This document shows, piece by piece, positions 1 through 9,679 of a stretch of DNA of 64,000 nt (positions within the stretch are counted from its first letter, which is position 1; every line of letters begins with the position of its first letter). The notes beneath the pieces were generated by a model, which was not told the origin of the DNA, ran no database searches, and saw nothing but the letters and a program-made list of their open reading frames with translations. The DNA lies in the NCBI GenBank assembly GCA_012797775.1, contig JAAZOM010000021.1, forward strand, positions 6,147 to 70,146, given 5' to 3'. A program made the position numbers and the translations under genes. This DNA is from Candidatus Kuenenbacteria bacterium. Its GTDB lineage: Bacteria; Patescibacteriota; Patescibacteriia; UBA2196; GWA2-42-15.

Positions 1-3000
1 ATTCACTTTGTCTGCCCCCGGAGATCCAAGACCAACTAATTTCGGTGGATGAGGCAGCACTGCCAGAACAGGAGGCTGGCGGGTCGGCCGAAGTGTAGGC
101 CGAGGCAGTGGCTGAGGCAGGACCAGTGCCACAAGAATTTGCGGCCACTACATAAATAGAATAGGAAGTATCTGAAGTGAGATTGGCACCTGATGCAGAA
201 ACTTGAGTCTGGGTATAGGTGGTACCGGAAGTGGTACCAATCAATTGACTAGAAGAATTATAAATACGATATTCGCTCGGGGCATCACCAGAAGAAGGGG
301 CGCTCCACTGCCAAGTGATTGAATTGGTGGTGTTGCTGGTGTGAACCAAATTGGTCGGTTGGCCGGGAGCAATAGTACAGGCGGGGGTGGAAATATTCAT
401 GGTGACTCTGACCGGATTGCCAGTGGAACCACAGGATACATTGTTTTCTAGGGTACAGTTGTCGACCTCATCTCTAACATGAATGCCATACCAATAGTCA
501 CCAGTGTCCGAGATCGTGGTATCATCTCTGCCAATAGTAGCGTTGTCTTCATTATAATCAGCCCAAATCTGGCTCCAGCCACAACCAGTCATGGTAGTAC
601 CATTACAATTAGTGGCATTGTAGTTGGCGCGCCAGAGTTGGATATTGTCAAAGCCGCCACAACCAACATCACTAGTGGTCCACTTGACAGTTGGTTTTTC
701 ACCACTAGAGGAAATAGTCGCGGTACCACCAGCGCTGGCGCCTTCAACAGTAAAAGTATTGATGGTGGGACGAGTTTTATCAACATTGAAATACCCATCA
801 GAACAGATAAGGGAGCTCCAATTGCCCAAATTGTCTTTGCCCCGAGCACAATATTTCCAAGCGCCGGTGGTCACCACTTCATTAATATTGGCAATGCAAG
901 GCGTGGAGCCGCTACAAACAAATGGGGAATTATTACTATCAGTGGTGCCGGGGTCACAGGTCGGGTTGGTACAATTATTCCAGCGGCCATAAGTCACACC
1001 GTCAGCATCATCAATGGTGATTTGTGGGGTTGGATCACTTTGGCTACAAGCCTGTGAGCCAGGATTGACAGTGATGGTTGTACCATTGGCTGGGCAGGCA
1101 GACGATGTGCCATTGACAGAACTACTATAAGTATAAGTATTACCAAGAGAATCACGAACTTTTATCTGATTGGCGTTGATCGTGTAGCTCGTGCCATCAT
1201 AAGTTTTGTAATTGGCAGCTTGCCAGGTAGCACCACCGTCAAAAGAATAAGCGCTAGCGGCTAAACCAGCACAACCGGTATCAGCGGCACCATTGACTGT
1301 AAAGGTAATTTTTTCACATTGGGGTGAGCTGGCGGTGACAGAAGTAATGCCTGGGACAGTAGCATCCACAGAGAGCGGGCCTTGAGCTGCACTATAGGTC
1401 GTAGCACAGGCATTGGAATTTCTAAAACAGACATAATCTGAGTGGGTGGTACTGACCGTGACTGATGAACCAGCGACATAACTATCGGAAGAATTACAAA
1501 CCGCATCAGCGCTATAGGCGTATTCGGGATTTGTGCCATTGGTCCAACTGGCAGTTATGGTATCAGAAGTAATGCAAGAGCCGCTGGCACCGTCGGTAAT
1601 GGTGGCTGCGGGCGTACCGGCAGTGGTGCCAAAATGCCAGACAGGTCCGGTAACAGAAGCGTCGCCATCAGAAGCGGAAACTTTCCAGCCGATAGTCACA
1701 CCGGGGTTGAAACCAGCACCAGTGTAGGAAGTATTATTAGTAGTCCCAATCACAGCAGTAGGATTGCAACCAACGCCCTGACAGCCATAAATAGTATAAG
1801 TGACCGTATCACCTACGTCTGGGTCTCCCCCACTCCAACTGATAGTGGTATTGGTGGCCACGCAAGTAGCGCCATCAGACGGTGAGGGGTTGCTCGGGGT
1901 ATTGGGCGCTTGATCTACGCGGAAAGTAAATGGACCATCGGAAGAAATCTTTTGGTTGGGACCATCAGAAGCAACCACGTTCCAGCGGCAGTAATCACCC
2001 AGAGTCAAGCCAGAAAGACTATAAGAGGTGCCGGAAACAGAGGTGTTTGGAGTGCCAGGTAAGGTGCAACCAGCTGTAGTAGAACAACAGTAATAGACAT
2101 TATAGGTAATGGCCTGGCCCTCGGGATCGCTCGAAGCACCCCAGGTCAGAGTCGGATTTTGAGAAACCATGGTGGAGTTATTGGCGGGAGAGACAAGATT
2201 GAAAGCGGTGGGTGACTGATTAGCAGTTAGGGTGTGCCAGACTGTGTCGCTCTGACAATTTAATAAGGAGTTCCCCCAAGGGTTGTCATTACTGAAACGA
2301 GCGGTGACTTGTATGCCGCGCTTGCTACCGGGACTTAAACTCGTGATAGTATAGCTGTTTGTTGATACTGTGGCATAATGATCAAAAGGCAAAATTGGAT
2401 CATCATTCCAAACTATAACCAAATAATCTGTTGCGCCGCTTGGGGCAGTCCAATTCCAGGTGATAGAAGTGCCAACTGCGTTTTGGCTGGGAGTTAAATT
2501 ATCAACAGTATCAATATAGTCTGCCCAGTCACCGGCTGGACCGGTTTTGGTGCTCTCGCCAACACCATTGTATGAACTTACCCAATAATAGTATTTGGTA
2601 CCAGAAACTGTATTGGTGTCGTTATATTGAGTGGTGCCAGCCCCAAGGGTGACTGGCAAGCGATCAGCCGAACTCGGTGCGCTGGTGTCGGTCCTGCGAT
2701 AAAGGTAAAAACCAGTTTCGTTGCTGGAGTTGTCAGCCCACTTAATATTCATGTTTTGGCTGCCCACATCACAAGAAGTAGAGACAACTTCAAGATTGCT
2801 CGGGGCAGTCGGAGCGACAGGGCAGGAAGAGACGCAAGTGCCGGTTGATTCATTATAGTAGCTGGCAGTACTCGGACAACAGGCAGCATTGGCGGTACCA
2901 GAACAGTTGGGAACAGATTTCTCGTTGGTGTCATCACCACAGCAGAAACCATTTTCGCCATTATCATAATCGCTGCAAACACTGTCAGGGCCCGCTGATT

Positions 3001-3454
3001 TACAATAATTACTATTATTAAACCAGGTCGATTTACAAAAAGTACCAGCATAATTTTCCATTCCTTCAAAGCTGCCATTAAAATCTTGATCATACCACTT
3101 AGAACCGTTACCAAGATCACCAGCCACCTCTTGGTCCGTAGATATATCAGATGTGTTTATTTGTTCACCATTATAATAACCAACATTGTTGTAACAGATA
3201 TTTAAGCCAAGCCACAAACATAAGCCCGGCGGACAAGGCAATGTTTGATAGGTGCAACACTCAAATTGATTGAAAGCCGTCCCATTATAACACAGGGCAC
3301 CCGCGGAAGCATAACATTTAGGCTCTGGCTCACCACAGGTATTGCAGCACCACCCCTTCTGGGCTGCTTTTGTCGATGCTGCTGGTAAAATAAAAAAAGC
3401 CGTTATAAAAAATAGGGTTATAATAAAAACCTTTGTAAAAGAAATGTTTTTCAT
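1..3454 (-). CDS. Large secreted surface protein with signal peptide, Cys-rich N-terminal region and multiple fibronectin type III-like repeats; C-terminus runs off the window start (partial)
   Basis: Manual minus-strand translation from the ATG at 3454-3452 gives MKNISFTKVFIITLFFITAFFILPAASTKAAQKGWCC.... The frame stays open at codons checked near 2760 (SQNMNIKWADNSSNETGFYLY) and at 1-60 (AASSTEISWSWGSPGGQSE), reaching position 1. It is absent from the ORF track only because no stop lies in the window. Recurrent W..(Y)YY..V.A.N..G.S Fn3-like blocks are present. The ORFs listed in 479-3120 are short antisense or off-frame. Confidence 0.75.
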   Translation of the reverse strand, partial: MKNISFTKVFIITLFFITAFFILPAASTKAAQKGWCCNTCGEPEPKCYASAGALCYNGTAFNQFECCTYQTLPCPPGLCLWLGLNICYNNVGYYNGEQINTSDISTDQEVAGDLGNGSKWYDQDFNGSFEGMENYAGTFCKSTWFNNSNYCKSAGPDSVCSDYDNGENGFCCGDDTNEKSVPNCSGTANAACCPSTASYYNESTGTCVSSCPVAPTAPSNLEVVSTSCDVGSQNMNIKWADNSSNETGFYLYRRTDTSAPSSADRLPVTLGAGTTQYNDTNTVSGTKYYYWVSSYNGVGESTKTGPAGDWADYIDTVDNLTPSQNAVGTSITWNWTAPSGATDYLVIVWNDDPILPFDHYATVSTNSYTITSLSPGSKRGIQVTARFSNDNPWGNSLLNCQSDTVWHTLTANQSPTAFNLVSPANNSTMVSQNPTLTWGASSDPEGQAITYNVYYCCSTTAGCTLPGTPNTSVSGTSYSLSGLTLGDYCRWNVVASDGPNQKISSDGPFTFRVDQAPNTPSNPSPSDGATCVATNTTISWSGGDPDVGDTVTYTIYGCQGVGCNPTAVIGTTNNTSYTGAGFNPGVTIGWKVSASDGDASVTGPVWHFGTTAGTPAATITDGASGSCITSDTITASWTNGTNPEYAYSADAVCNSSDSYVAGSSVTVSTTHSDYVCFRNSNACATTYSAAQGPLSVDATVPGITSVTASSPQCEKITFTVNGAADTGCAGLAASAYSFDGGATWQAANYKTYDGTSYTINANQIKVRDSLGNTYTYSSSVNGTSSACPANGTTITVNPGSQACSQSDPTPQITIDDADGVTYGRWNNCTNPTCDPGTTDSNNSPFVCSGSTPCIANINEVVTTGAWKYCARGKDNLGNWSSLICSDGYFNVDKTRPTINTFTVEGASAGGTATISSSGEKPTVKWTTSDVGCGGFDNIQLWRANYNATNCNGTTMTGCGWSQIWADYNEDNATIGRDDTTISDTGDYWYGIHVRDEVDNCTLENNVSCGSTGNPVRVTMNISTPACTIAPGQPTNLVHTSNTTNSITWQWSAPSSGDAPSEYRIYNSSSQLIGTTSGTTYTQTQVSASGANLTSDTSYSIYVVAANSCGTGPASATASAYTSADPPASCSGSAASSTEISWSWISGGRQSE

Positions 3455-3583
3455 AAATTATAAATATATGAATTATACTTACATTATAGCATAAATTTAA
3501 GAAAAATAAAAAGGCCGGCAAGTTGTTTTAATAACTCAACTTGTCGGCCTAGATTTCCTCCTGAAGAACAGGTAAGATGATCC

Positions 3584-4213
3584 CTACTTCATCAGCGTCA
3601 TTTTTTTTGTTGCAATGTAATCACCCGCTTGCATCCGGCAGAGATACACACCACTCGGAACATTGGTCGCGTTCCAGGTGATGGTGTGATTACCGGCATG
3701 TTGATCGGTATCGATCAACGTCTCGACCAGCTCTCCTCGCATGTTGTAGACCGCGAGGCTAACTCGGCACTTCTTGGCCAGGGTGTAGGTGATATTGGTT
3801 GAAGGGTTGAAGGGATTGGGATAGTTGGGAAACAGCAGATAACGAGCGGGCGGTATAAAGAACCAACCACCGGCAGTAGTGCAACTATTGCCAATGGTTA
3901 TTCCTATCCAGTAGTTGCCCGGACGCAAATCGTCAACAACCACTGCCCCAGTATCAAGGAAGCTAGTTCTAAAAATAACAGAGTCTCCGCCGCTAGTTTC
4001 AATGATACAAATGTTTATCGGGGTAGTGGGGGTGGTTAGGTCCCACGTCGCCTTTACCCCTTTGTCGAGAATTTGAAGAATAAGATTCTCCACCCGTCCG
4101 ATATAAATAGGTTGGGGTTTTTCTCGAGCGGCGCTCGATCCCCAGAACATCAGGGAGAACACTAGTGCGGCGAAAAAAAATCTTGCGGATTTCATGGTAG
4201 AAACCCTCCTCAT
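3584..4213 (-). CDS. Secreted protein (209 aa) with T9SS-type (Por secretion) C-terminal sorting domain
   Basis: N-terminal signal peptide. The C-terminus FPNYPNPFNPSTNITYTL...VSLAVYNMRGELVETL...GNHTITWNATNVPSGVYLCRMQAGDYIATKKMTLMK matches the TIGR04183-like CTD consensus. Confidence 0.7.
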   Translation of the reverse strand: MRRVSTMKSARFFFAALVFSLMFWGSSAAREKPQPIYIGRVENLILQILDKGVKATWDLTTPTTPINICIIETSGGDSVIFRTSFLDTGAVVVDDLRPGNYWIGITIGNSCTTAGGWFFIPPARYLLFPNYPNPFNPSTNITYTLAKKCRVSLAVYNMRGELVETLIDTDQHAGNHTITWNATNVPSGVYLCRMQAGDYIATKKMTLMK

Positions 4214-4645
4214 TTAATGAACAATATCGATTAAATTGTTAACTATTTGTTTTAGGAATTCTACTAAAATTACCAGTTTTTTGGTTTTTGTCAATAGCAA
4301 TATATACTGCTGGCAAAAAACAAAAAAACAGCCCTAAAAATTGGCTGTTTTATTGGTTTTAGCTGATTTTTGATTAACAAAAAATATGGGGCAAAGGTAA
4401 GCGGTTAATTTTTGCTCTATATTGATAAATTGCCCGGATTGGGGACTTGTGATAACCATAAGAAATTGAGTCTGTATTAAACTGAACCAGATTTGAACGG
4501 GTAATAGAATCCCGCATGTATAGGTTGCCTTGGGGGCCCACTCACGCGAGATCCTAGATCTACTCGTTATAAAAAGGCTCAGAATAATAAAACTTATTTC
4601 TTGGGGACAAAGATATTATACCAAAAAACAAGGAAAAGACAAATA

Positions 4646-4700
4646 AAAAAGGACCCAGCTCACAATAGCTTTGGAGCTAGGCCCTGTTGATTTGCCTCCT
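4646..4700 (-). terminator. Rho-independent terminator downstream of the M23-peptidase gene
   Basis: On the minus strand the RNA reads GGGCCUAGCUC-loop-GAGCUGGGUCC (11 bp including 2 G-U pairs) followed by UUUUUU. Confidence 0.55.
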
Positions 4701-4707
4701 TCTGGAG

Positions 4708-7700
4708 TTATTTAACATAAAGTATTTTTTTAATTTGTGTTTGGTGGCCAGCTGACAGGCGGCAGAAATAGGTCCCACTTGAGAGACTTTTCGGCTGCCA
4801 GAAAATGGAATACTGGCCAGCTGGCTTTTCAGTATCAATCAACCTACCCACTTCCCTACCCTGTAAGTCATAGATGATCAACACAACGTACACTGGCTCT
4901 GGCAAGTCATAGCTGATCGTGGTCCCGGGATTGAAAGGATTGGGATAAGGGGGGTGAAGGGTGAAGCTACTAACTTTGAGACTACTACTATCAATGGCTG
5001 TGATAATAGGGTTGGGGTCGCTTGGCGGCGAAGTGGGCAAGGTGGCTTCTTTGTCCAAGGACCAGAAAAGAGCATCGAGACAGCTGCCGTCTTCCCTGTT
5101 CCTAATAGTCAGAGTGTGTGTACCGGCAGTAAGATGAATAACCACCCGGCTCTGTTCCACCTGATAAGTAGTGCACAGCGGTCGCCATTGCCAAAGATTG
5201 TCTTTGTTCAAAAACCAGAGGTATTCTGCGCCAGCGTCAATCTGGAACCAGAGAGAATTGGAGACATCACTCGGGCCAAGAGTACGGCCAAAAAAATAGT
5301 AGTCGCCGGCAGTGCTCGTGGTCAGAGAAAAAACAACCGAACCAAGATTGTCTTTGGCGCTGTTATTTTCTGGCACATAAACATAGTAGCTGCCGCAAGC
5401 GTGTCCATCGCGACCCTTGATCATGGGAGGAAAGATGGTCCCGTTTTCTGCTTCCAGATAACCATTAACATTTTGATTACCACCCGGTGGTTCTTTTTTG
5501 GTAAGGGTGATAAGCATCTGTTTATCACCACCATTGGAGTGAATGGTAATATTGCCAGTGTGTGTGCCGTAACCAACCACAGAGTAGTCAACGGTAATGG
5601 TAATATCAGCAGTGCCTTTGCCGACGGTGGGCGCACAACTCAACCAGTTACTATCATCACTCACTTGCCACTCTAGGGTGCCAGTACCAGTATTACTAAT
5701 ACGAAAAGTGGCACTGGTTCTTGTTTCAAAACCAAAACCTTCTGGAGAGACAGAGAGTACTGGGATGGCCGAAGGCGGCGGATCTGGATCGGGCGGAGGA
5801 TTGACTACAGGCAGGCTATAGACAACTTCCAGATACGGCCTTTTATCTTGTTCTGACCATTCGGACATATAGGCGCGGAGACCGCAGGAATTGAGATCCC
5901 GGGTAGAGCCGTTTAGTCTGGGTTCTTTATCATTCAAATCCGAGCCGAGCCGGATGGCCAGTTTGGTATCACCTTGAGTATTGACGTTCGCCAGGCCAAG
6001 GGTGCTCAGTGTGAATTTGGTATAACCGGAATAAGTGACTCTGCTGATGGCGATATCAGCAAACGAGACTGTCCCGATGCGACTATAGTCAGCGGCTGAC
6101 AAGGAGGCCAGATCGGACTGCGAAGCGGCAACAATATGATAAGAATCATCGCTCAAACCATCTCTTTGGGCAAAGTAGATATTCAGGGCGACTGAGACGA
6201 TTTTGGCATCATCAGGCAGGTCGATGGTGTTAAAGCCGAGAAATCCTCGACAGATTTTCCACTTACCAGCCTCCCATTCAGTTCTACCAAAGCCGTCAGC
6301 GATTTGTTGAGCGTAGGGGGGATTGGAATAACCGATTGTCTGATTGTGGGCAGTCTCCCATTCAGCCCAATTGCTGGCAATATAGCCATCACCGGAAGCA
6401 GAATAATATTGCCGGGTGAGGCAATTGCCTTTATACATTTTAACCGTGATGGTATCTCGGCCGCCATTGGAATTCAGATAAATATACCCGGTATAATCGC
6501 CATCTGGCAGACCACTTCGATTGACATAGGCAGTATCAACACAATTGCTGTGGGGAGAGTGATAGCCGAGCTCGGTATATTTGACCGTCAGCCAAGGGGC
6601 GCTGGTAGAGACAGTACAATCCAACATCCCAGAACCAGCATCGCTAATCTCAAATACCTTTTTGACCTGATCAAAACTGAAATCAAGAATACCATTGGCT
6701 GGTCTAGACACGTGAAGAATGGAGATATTAGGAGTAGGATCTGGGTCGGGCGTTGGATCCGGATCAGGTGTGGGGTCAGGATCAGGCGTTGGATCAGGAT
6801 TCGGATTGGGATCAGGAGTAGGCGGATTATCCGGAGACCAGAGCTGGTCATTACCTTCCCAAACATAGTGAGCCAGAGATTGAACCATCTGTTTTTGATT
6901 GTTGACTATCTTGAAGATACAAAAGACATGATTACCAGCATCAACCAGCCATTCATATTGGCCATTCTTGGGAGTGGTAGTGGGGAAAGACACTATATTA
7001 TCATTACTGAAATATTCACCCAAATAAAACCCACTTGGCAAACTAGCGACTGGGTAGGAAAAAACACCAACCGGATAATTGGCCACCAGATTTAACCTGG
7101 CATTGTAAATAATGGTTTTTTGGGTGAGATCGGTTTTGATAAATTTCTGCAGGATAACACTGTCGCCAGACTGACCACAAGCGCTGCCATAATAGGTATA
7201 AGTGGTTTCATTGATATACGGCACACCCCATCTGGTATAACCACCGTTGGCGTAGATGAATTGCAGGATTTTATTGAAGACAACTTTGGTGCTACTGATC
7301 TGGGCATTCCAGACAAACTGGCACCAGATACTGCCCTTTAAAAAATCCTGGACATAGGCGCCATAGGATAGGTGGACATATTTGCCGCCACCATTGTCCC
7401 AAACTAGGCCAAAGGTACTCTCGCCACCGTTAGTGGAATAGAAACTGCGGAAGCTGGGGGTGATGGTCGGATCTTCTTGGTTGTTTGGAAAAAGGCCGAC
7501 AGGGTTGGGGGTTGAATGAGAGTTAACAAAATCAGAAGGGTTATAAAAATCATTGGTTGTTGCCGCCCTTCCTTCATAGAGATCTTTATAAGCTCCCTTC
7601 CTAATACCAAAATGAAGATGTGGTCCTCCAATTCCATTTTCATCATCCCATCCAACATAACCCACGGCTTCTCCCTTGTTAACAGCCCTAACACCAATTA

Positions 7701-8037
7701 GTGGATAACCCGCTCTTTCTGATAAGTGCCCATAAATTGAACAGACCTTTTCGTTATTCGGCAAAGTGTGTTCAATAACTATTACTTGTTCATATCCTTG
7801 GGCGTCTGTTTTAACAATCTTTACAAGGCCATTCGCGGTGGAATAAACTGGAGTGCCCGGATTTAATATAATATCTTCTCCTGTATGAACTCCCGTTCCA
7901 CCGTTAGGATCACCAAAGTAATAACCATTAACCTGGTAGTTACTCACTGGAAACTGGAAACTACTAGCGGCGTCTTGTCCTAATATAAAATTGGACGACA
8001 AAAAGACACCAACAATGAATAATAAAAATTTTTTCAT
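4708..8037 (-). CDS. M23 (LytM) family metallopeptidase-domain surface protein, 1109 aa, with Pro/Asp/Thr-rich linkers and a T9SS-type C-terminal sorting domain
   Basis: Signal peptide. M23 motifs are present (HTGEDI..., GYEQVIVIEH..., GPHLHFGI). It has a (PDPT)n linker. The C-terminus YPNPFNPGTTISYDL...IIYDLQGREVGRLID...SGTYFCRLSAGHQTQIKKILYVK is CTD-like. Confidence 0.8.
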   Translation of the reverse strand: MKKFLLFIVGVFLSSNFILGQDAASSFQFPVSNYQVNGYYFGDPNGGTGVHTGEDIILNPGTPVYSTANGLVKIVKTDAQGYEQVIVIEHTLPNNEKVCSIYGHLSERAGYPLIGVRAVNKGEAVGYVGWDDENGIGGPHLHFGIRKGAYKDLYEGRAATTNDFYNPSDFVNSHSTPNPVGLFPNNQEDPTITPSFRSFYSTNGGESTFGLVWDNGGGKYVHLSYGAYVQDFLKGSIWCQFVWNAQISSTKVVFNKILQFIYANGGYTRWGVPYINETTYTYYGSACGQSGDSVILQKFIKTDLTQKTIIYNARLNLVANYPVGVFSYPVASLPSGFYLGEYFSNDNIVSFPTTTPKNGQYEWLVDAGNHVFCIFKIVNNQKQMVQSLAHYVWEGNDQLWSPDNPPTPDPNPNPDPTPDPDPTPDPDPTPDPDPTPNISILHVSRPANGILDFSFDQVKKVFEISDAGSGMLDCTVSTSAPWLTVKYTELGYHSPHSNCVDTAYVNRSGLPDGDYTGYIYLNSNGGRDTITVKMYKGNCLTRQYYSASGDGYIASNWAEWETAHNQTIGYSNPPYAQQIADGFGRTEWEAGKWKICRGFLGFNTIDLPDDAKIVSVALNIYFAQRDGLSDDSYHIVAASQSDLASLSAADYSRIGTVSFADIAISRVTYSGYTKFTLSTLGLANVNTQGDTKLAIRLGSDLNDKEPRLNGSTRDLNSCGLRAYMSEWSEQDKRPYLEVVYSLPVVNPPPDPDPPPSAIPVLSVSPEGFGFETRTSATFRISNTGTGTLEWQVSDDSNWLSCAPTVGKGTADITITVDYSVVGYGTHTGNITIHSNGGDKQMLITLTKKEPPGGNQNVNGYLEAENGTIFPPMIKGRDGHACGSYYVYVPENNSAKDNLGSVVFSLTTSTAGDYYFFGRTLGPSDVSNSLWFQIDAGAEYLWFLNKDNLWQWRPLCTTYQVEQSRVVIHLTAGTHTLTIRNREDGSCLDALFWSLDKEATLPTSPPSDPNPIITAIDSSSLKVSSFTLHPPYPNPFNPGTTISYDLPEPVYVVLIIYDLQGREVGRLIDTEKPAGQYSIFWQPKSLSSGTYFCRLSAGHQTQIKKILYVK
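6736..6830. repeat. Imperfect tandem hexanucleotide repeat (GGATCA/GGGTCA-like) encoding the (PDPT)n linker of the M23 protein
   Basis: The DNA shows ggatcaggtgtggggtcaggatcaggcgttggatcaggattcggattgggatcagg. The protein shows PTPDPNPNPDPTPDPDPTPDPDPTPDPDPTPN. Confidence 0.6.
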
Positions 8038-8133
8038 TGCAGAACTCCTTTCCTGTCTTACTTCTGGTAATTTCTATTATTTAATTTATTCAATTTTTAA
8101 TGTGCTGTTTTATTTTAATTTGTATTTTAGTTT

Positions 8134-8766
8134 TTATTTAAATCTAATTGTTGATACAATCTTGTCAAATAAATTTATGGAATTATTATTCTCTACCTCA
8201 ATGTCTTTATTATCATTTTGATTACACAACTCCTCTAGATAAAAACTATATAAAATATTATTTTTGTAGAAAAGAGCATATCTCATATAACACCTAAAGG
8301 GGTCTTCGTTTTTCCTATTGTCTAGTGTGGCTAATGTAACATCATAATTATTAATCTTTGTTTCTTGATATGTTCCTGGCCATTTACCGCTATATCCCGC
8401 CCATTTATTATCAAGCCATTGCTTGGCACTTAATTGCTCTTCGGTCTTATAAACTCCAAATAAAAAATATTTTTTATTATATTTATTAAACTCTATATAT
8501 AACAAGGCCTTGTCATTAGGGTTATTTTCTTTTTTTGTTAAATCCTCCGGATACTTAAACTCAAACCCATACTCCTCATTTCTATAGATTTTCCAATCAC
8601 TTGTGTCAATCGCAACCGGAGTACTGGTTGTGGGCTGGTTATTGTCCCAGATAAAGTCCAACTTACTATCTAACCCAGCGACAATGGCGACAACCAAAAG
8701 AGCAAGGAGGGCGAGAGCCACCATGATGATGGGGGTGTATTTTTTGGGCAGGTGTTTTTTGAACAT
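8134..8766 (-). CDS. Hypothetical membrane-anchored protein
   Basis: Complete ORF with a single N-terminal TM helix and an extracytoplasmic domain carrying a W..YRNEEYGFEFKYPEDL motif. No family assigned. Confidence 0.5.
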   Translation of the reverse strand: MFKKHLPKKYTPIIMVALALLALLVVAIVAGLDSKLDFIWDNNQPTTSTPVAIDTSDWKIYRNEEYGFEFKYPEDLTKKENNPNDKALLYIEFNKYNKKYFLFGVYKTEEQLSAKQWLDNKWAGYSGKWPGTYQETKINNYDVTLATLDNRKNEDPFRCYMRYALFYKNNILYSFYLEELCNQNDNKDIEVENNNSINLFDKIVSTIRFK

Positions 8767-8990
8767 ATATTTTGTTTAGTTGGTTAATTTATATATTTAT
8801 TATACCTTGGGAAAACAAAAAACAACAGGTTATACTGCTGTTTTTTGAAGGCAAAAAAGACACTGCTCTGAAGCCCAGAGCCTGAATAATCAAGTCTTCA
8901 AACTGGGCTTTGTTCCGATGCATATAATCTAGCTTTCAAATCATCCTATAAAAAACCAAAAGGTGTCAAGATCGTCTGGGTTAGTTGTTT

Positions 8991-9650
8991 TTAGTGGTCT
9001 TTCTCCTTTCTAAAAACTAGGTAAGAATAAACAATCGTCCCAAAAACCATAAGAGCCAAAATGGCGATCATGGCCGGCCAAAAAAAGCTGGGGTAAAAAC
9101 CACAGACAGCCATGAGCACGCCACAAAACATAAAAATCCGGCTAGCAAAGTGATGTGTTTTTTGCCAGACGCTTTCCGAGCTCAAGGTCCAGGGGGTGCG
9201 GATACCCAAAAACCAATTTTGTTTGACATGGTTTAGGAAATAGCCAATGACCACAAACAAAACACCAATACCAATGGGAATAATGGTCCCAACGGGTATT
9301 TTATAACCAAGACCATTTAGACCAACAACAAAATAGATAAGAGATAAAAACACCACCAAGGCGCCTTTTATCACATGATAGGCGGTCCTGAAATTTTCAT
9401 AATTACCACGGCGCGGATCAAGTGACGGCAAGCCGATCATCAAAAGATATATAGCGAGATTTAACGCGGGGAAAAAGAAAGCGCTAAAGCCCCGACTGGA
9501 CCAGCCATCTACCTCACCGCTGATATTCCAGTGGGTAGCCACGCGCTCCGGAAAATGAGAATAAAAATAAACACTCAAAATCAGACCAACAACAATAAAA
9601 AATATGGGTACAATTTCGGTTTTGATGTTTGGAGCAAGGGGGTTTTTCAT
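8991..9650 (-). CDS. DUF1648 / SdpI-YhfL family integral membrane protein
   Basis: It has the motifs HWNISGEVDGW and NWFLGIRTPWTLSSESVW, which are characteristic of the SdpI/YhfL family, and multiple TM helices. Confidence 0.6.
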   Translation of the reverse strand: MKNPLAPNIKTEIVPIFFIVVGLILSVYFYSHFPERVATHWNISGEVDGWSSRGFSAFFFPALNLAIYLLMIGLPSLDPRRGNYENFRTAYHVIKGALVVFLSLIYFVVGLNGLGYKIPVGTIIPIGIGVLFVVIGYFLNHVKQNWFLGIRTPWTLSSESVWQKTHHFASRIFMFCGVLMAVCGFYPSFFWPAMIAILALMVFGTIVYSYLVFRKEKDH

Positions 9651-9679
9651 AAAAATAATGCTAATTTTTAGATATACAA

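Noticed and set aside
479-3120. Several 60-190 aa ORFs from the track on both strands (479..1057 +, 624..992 +, 1634..1885 +, 2749..3120 - and others)
   Set aside because: All are antisense or off-frame inside the single long minus-strand Fn3-protein ORF (1..3454). Their composition is Gly/Thr/Ser-rich low-complexity mirror translation. None has a plausible start context.
3330-3521. 63-aa minus ORF overlapping the 5' end of the big surface-protein gene
   Set aside because: It is in a different frame from the real start at 3454, which gives a clean signal peptide. The protein is Phe/Tyr/Asn low-complexity and reflects an AT-rich promoter region.
4214-4645. Possible degenerate tRNA or sRNA in the ~490-bp intergenic region (a GTTCAAATCT T-loop-like string near 4490-4500 on the minus strand)
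   Set aside because: No acceptor stem, D-arm or anticodon arm can be built around it, and the flanking stem is weak. It is treated as an unexplained long intergenic or promoter region.
4954-7095. Long plus-strand ORFs (4954..5676 240 aa, 6304..7095 263 aa) opposite the M23 peptidase gene
   Set aside because: They are antisense shadows of a GC-rich, repeat-rich coding region. They have no recognisable domains, and they cover the same DNA as a gene with strong M23 and CTD signatures.
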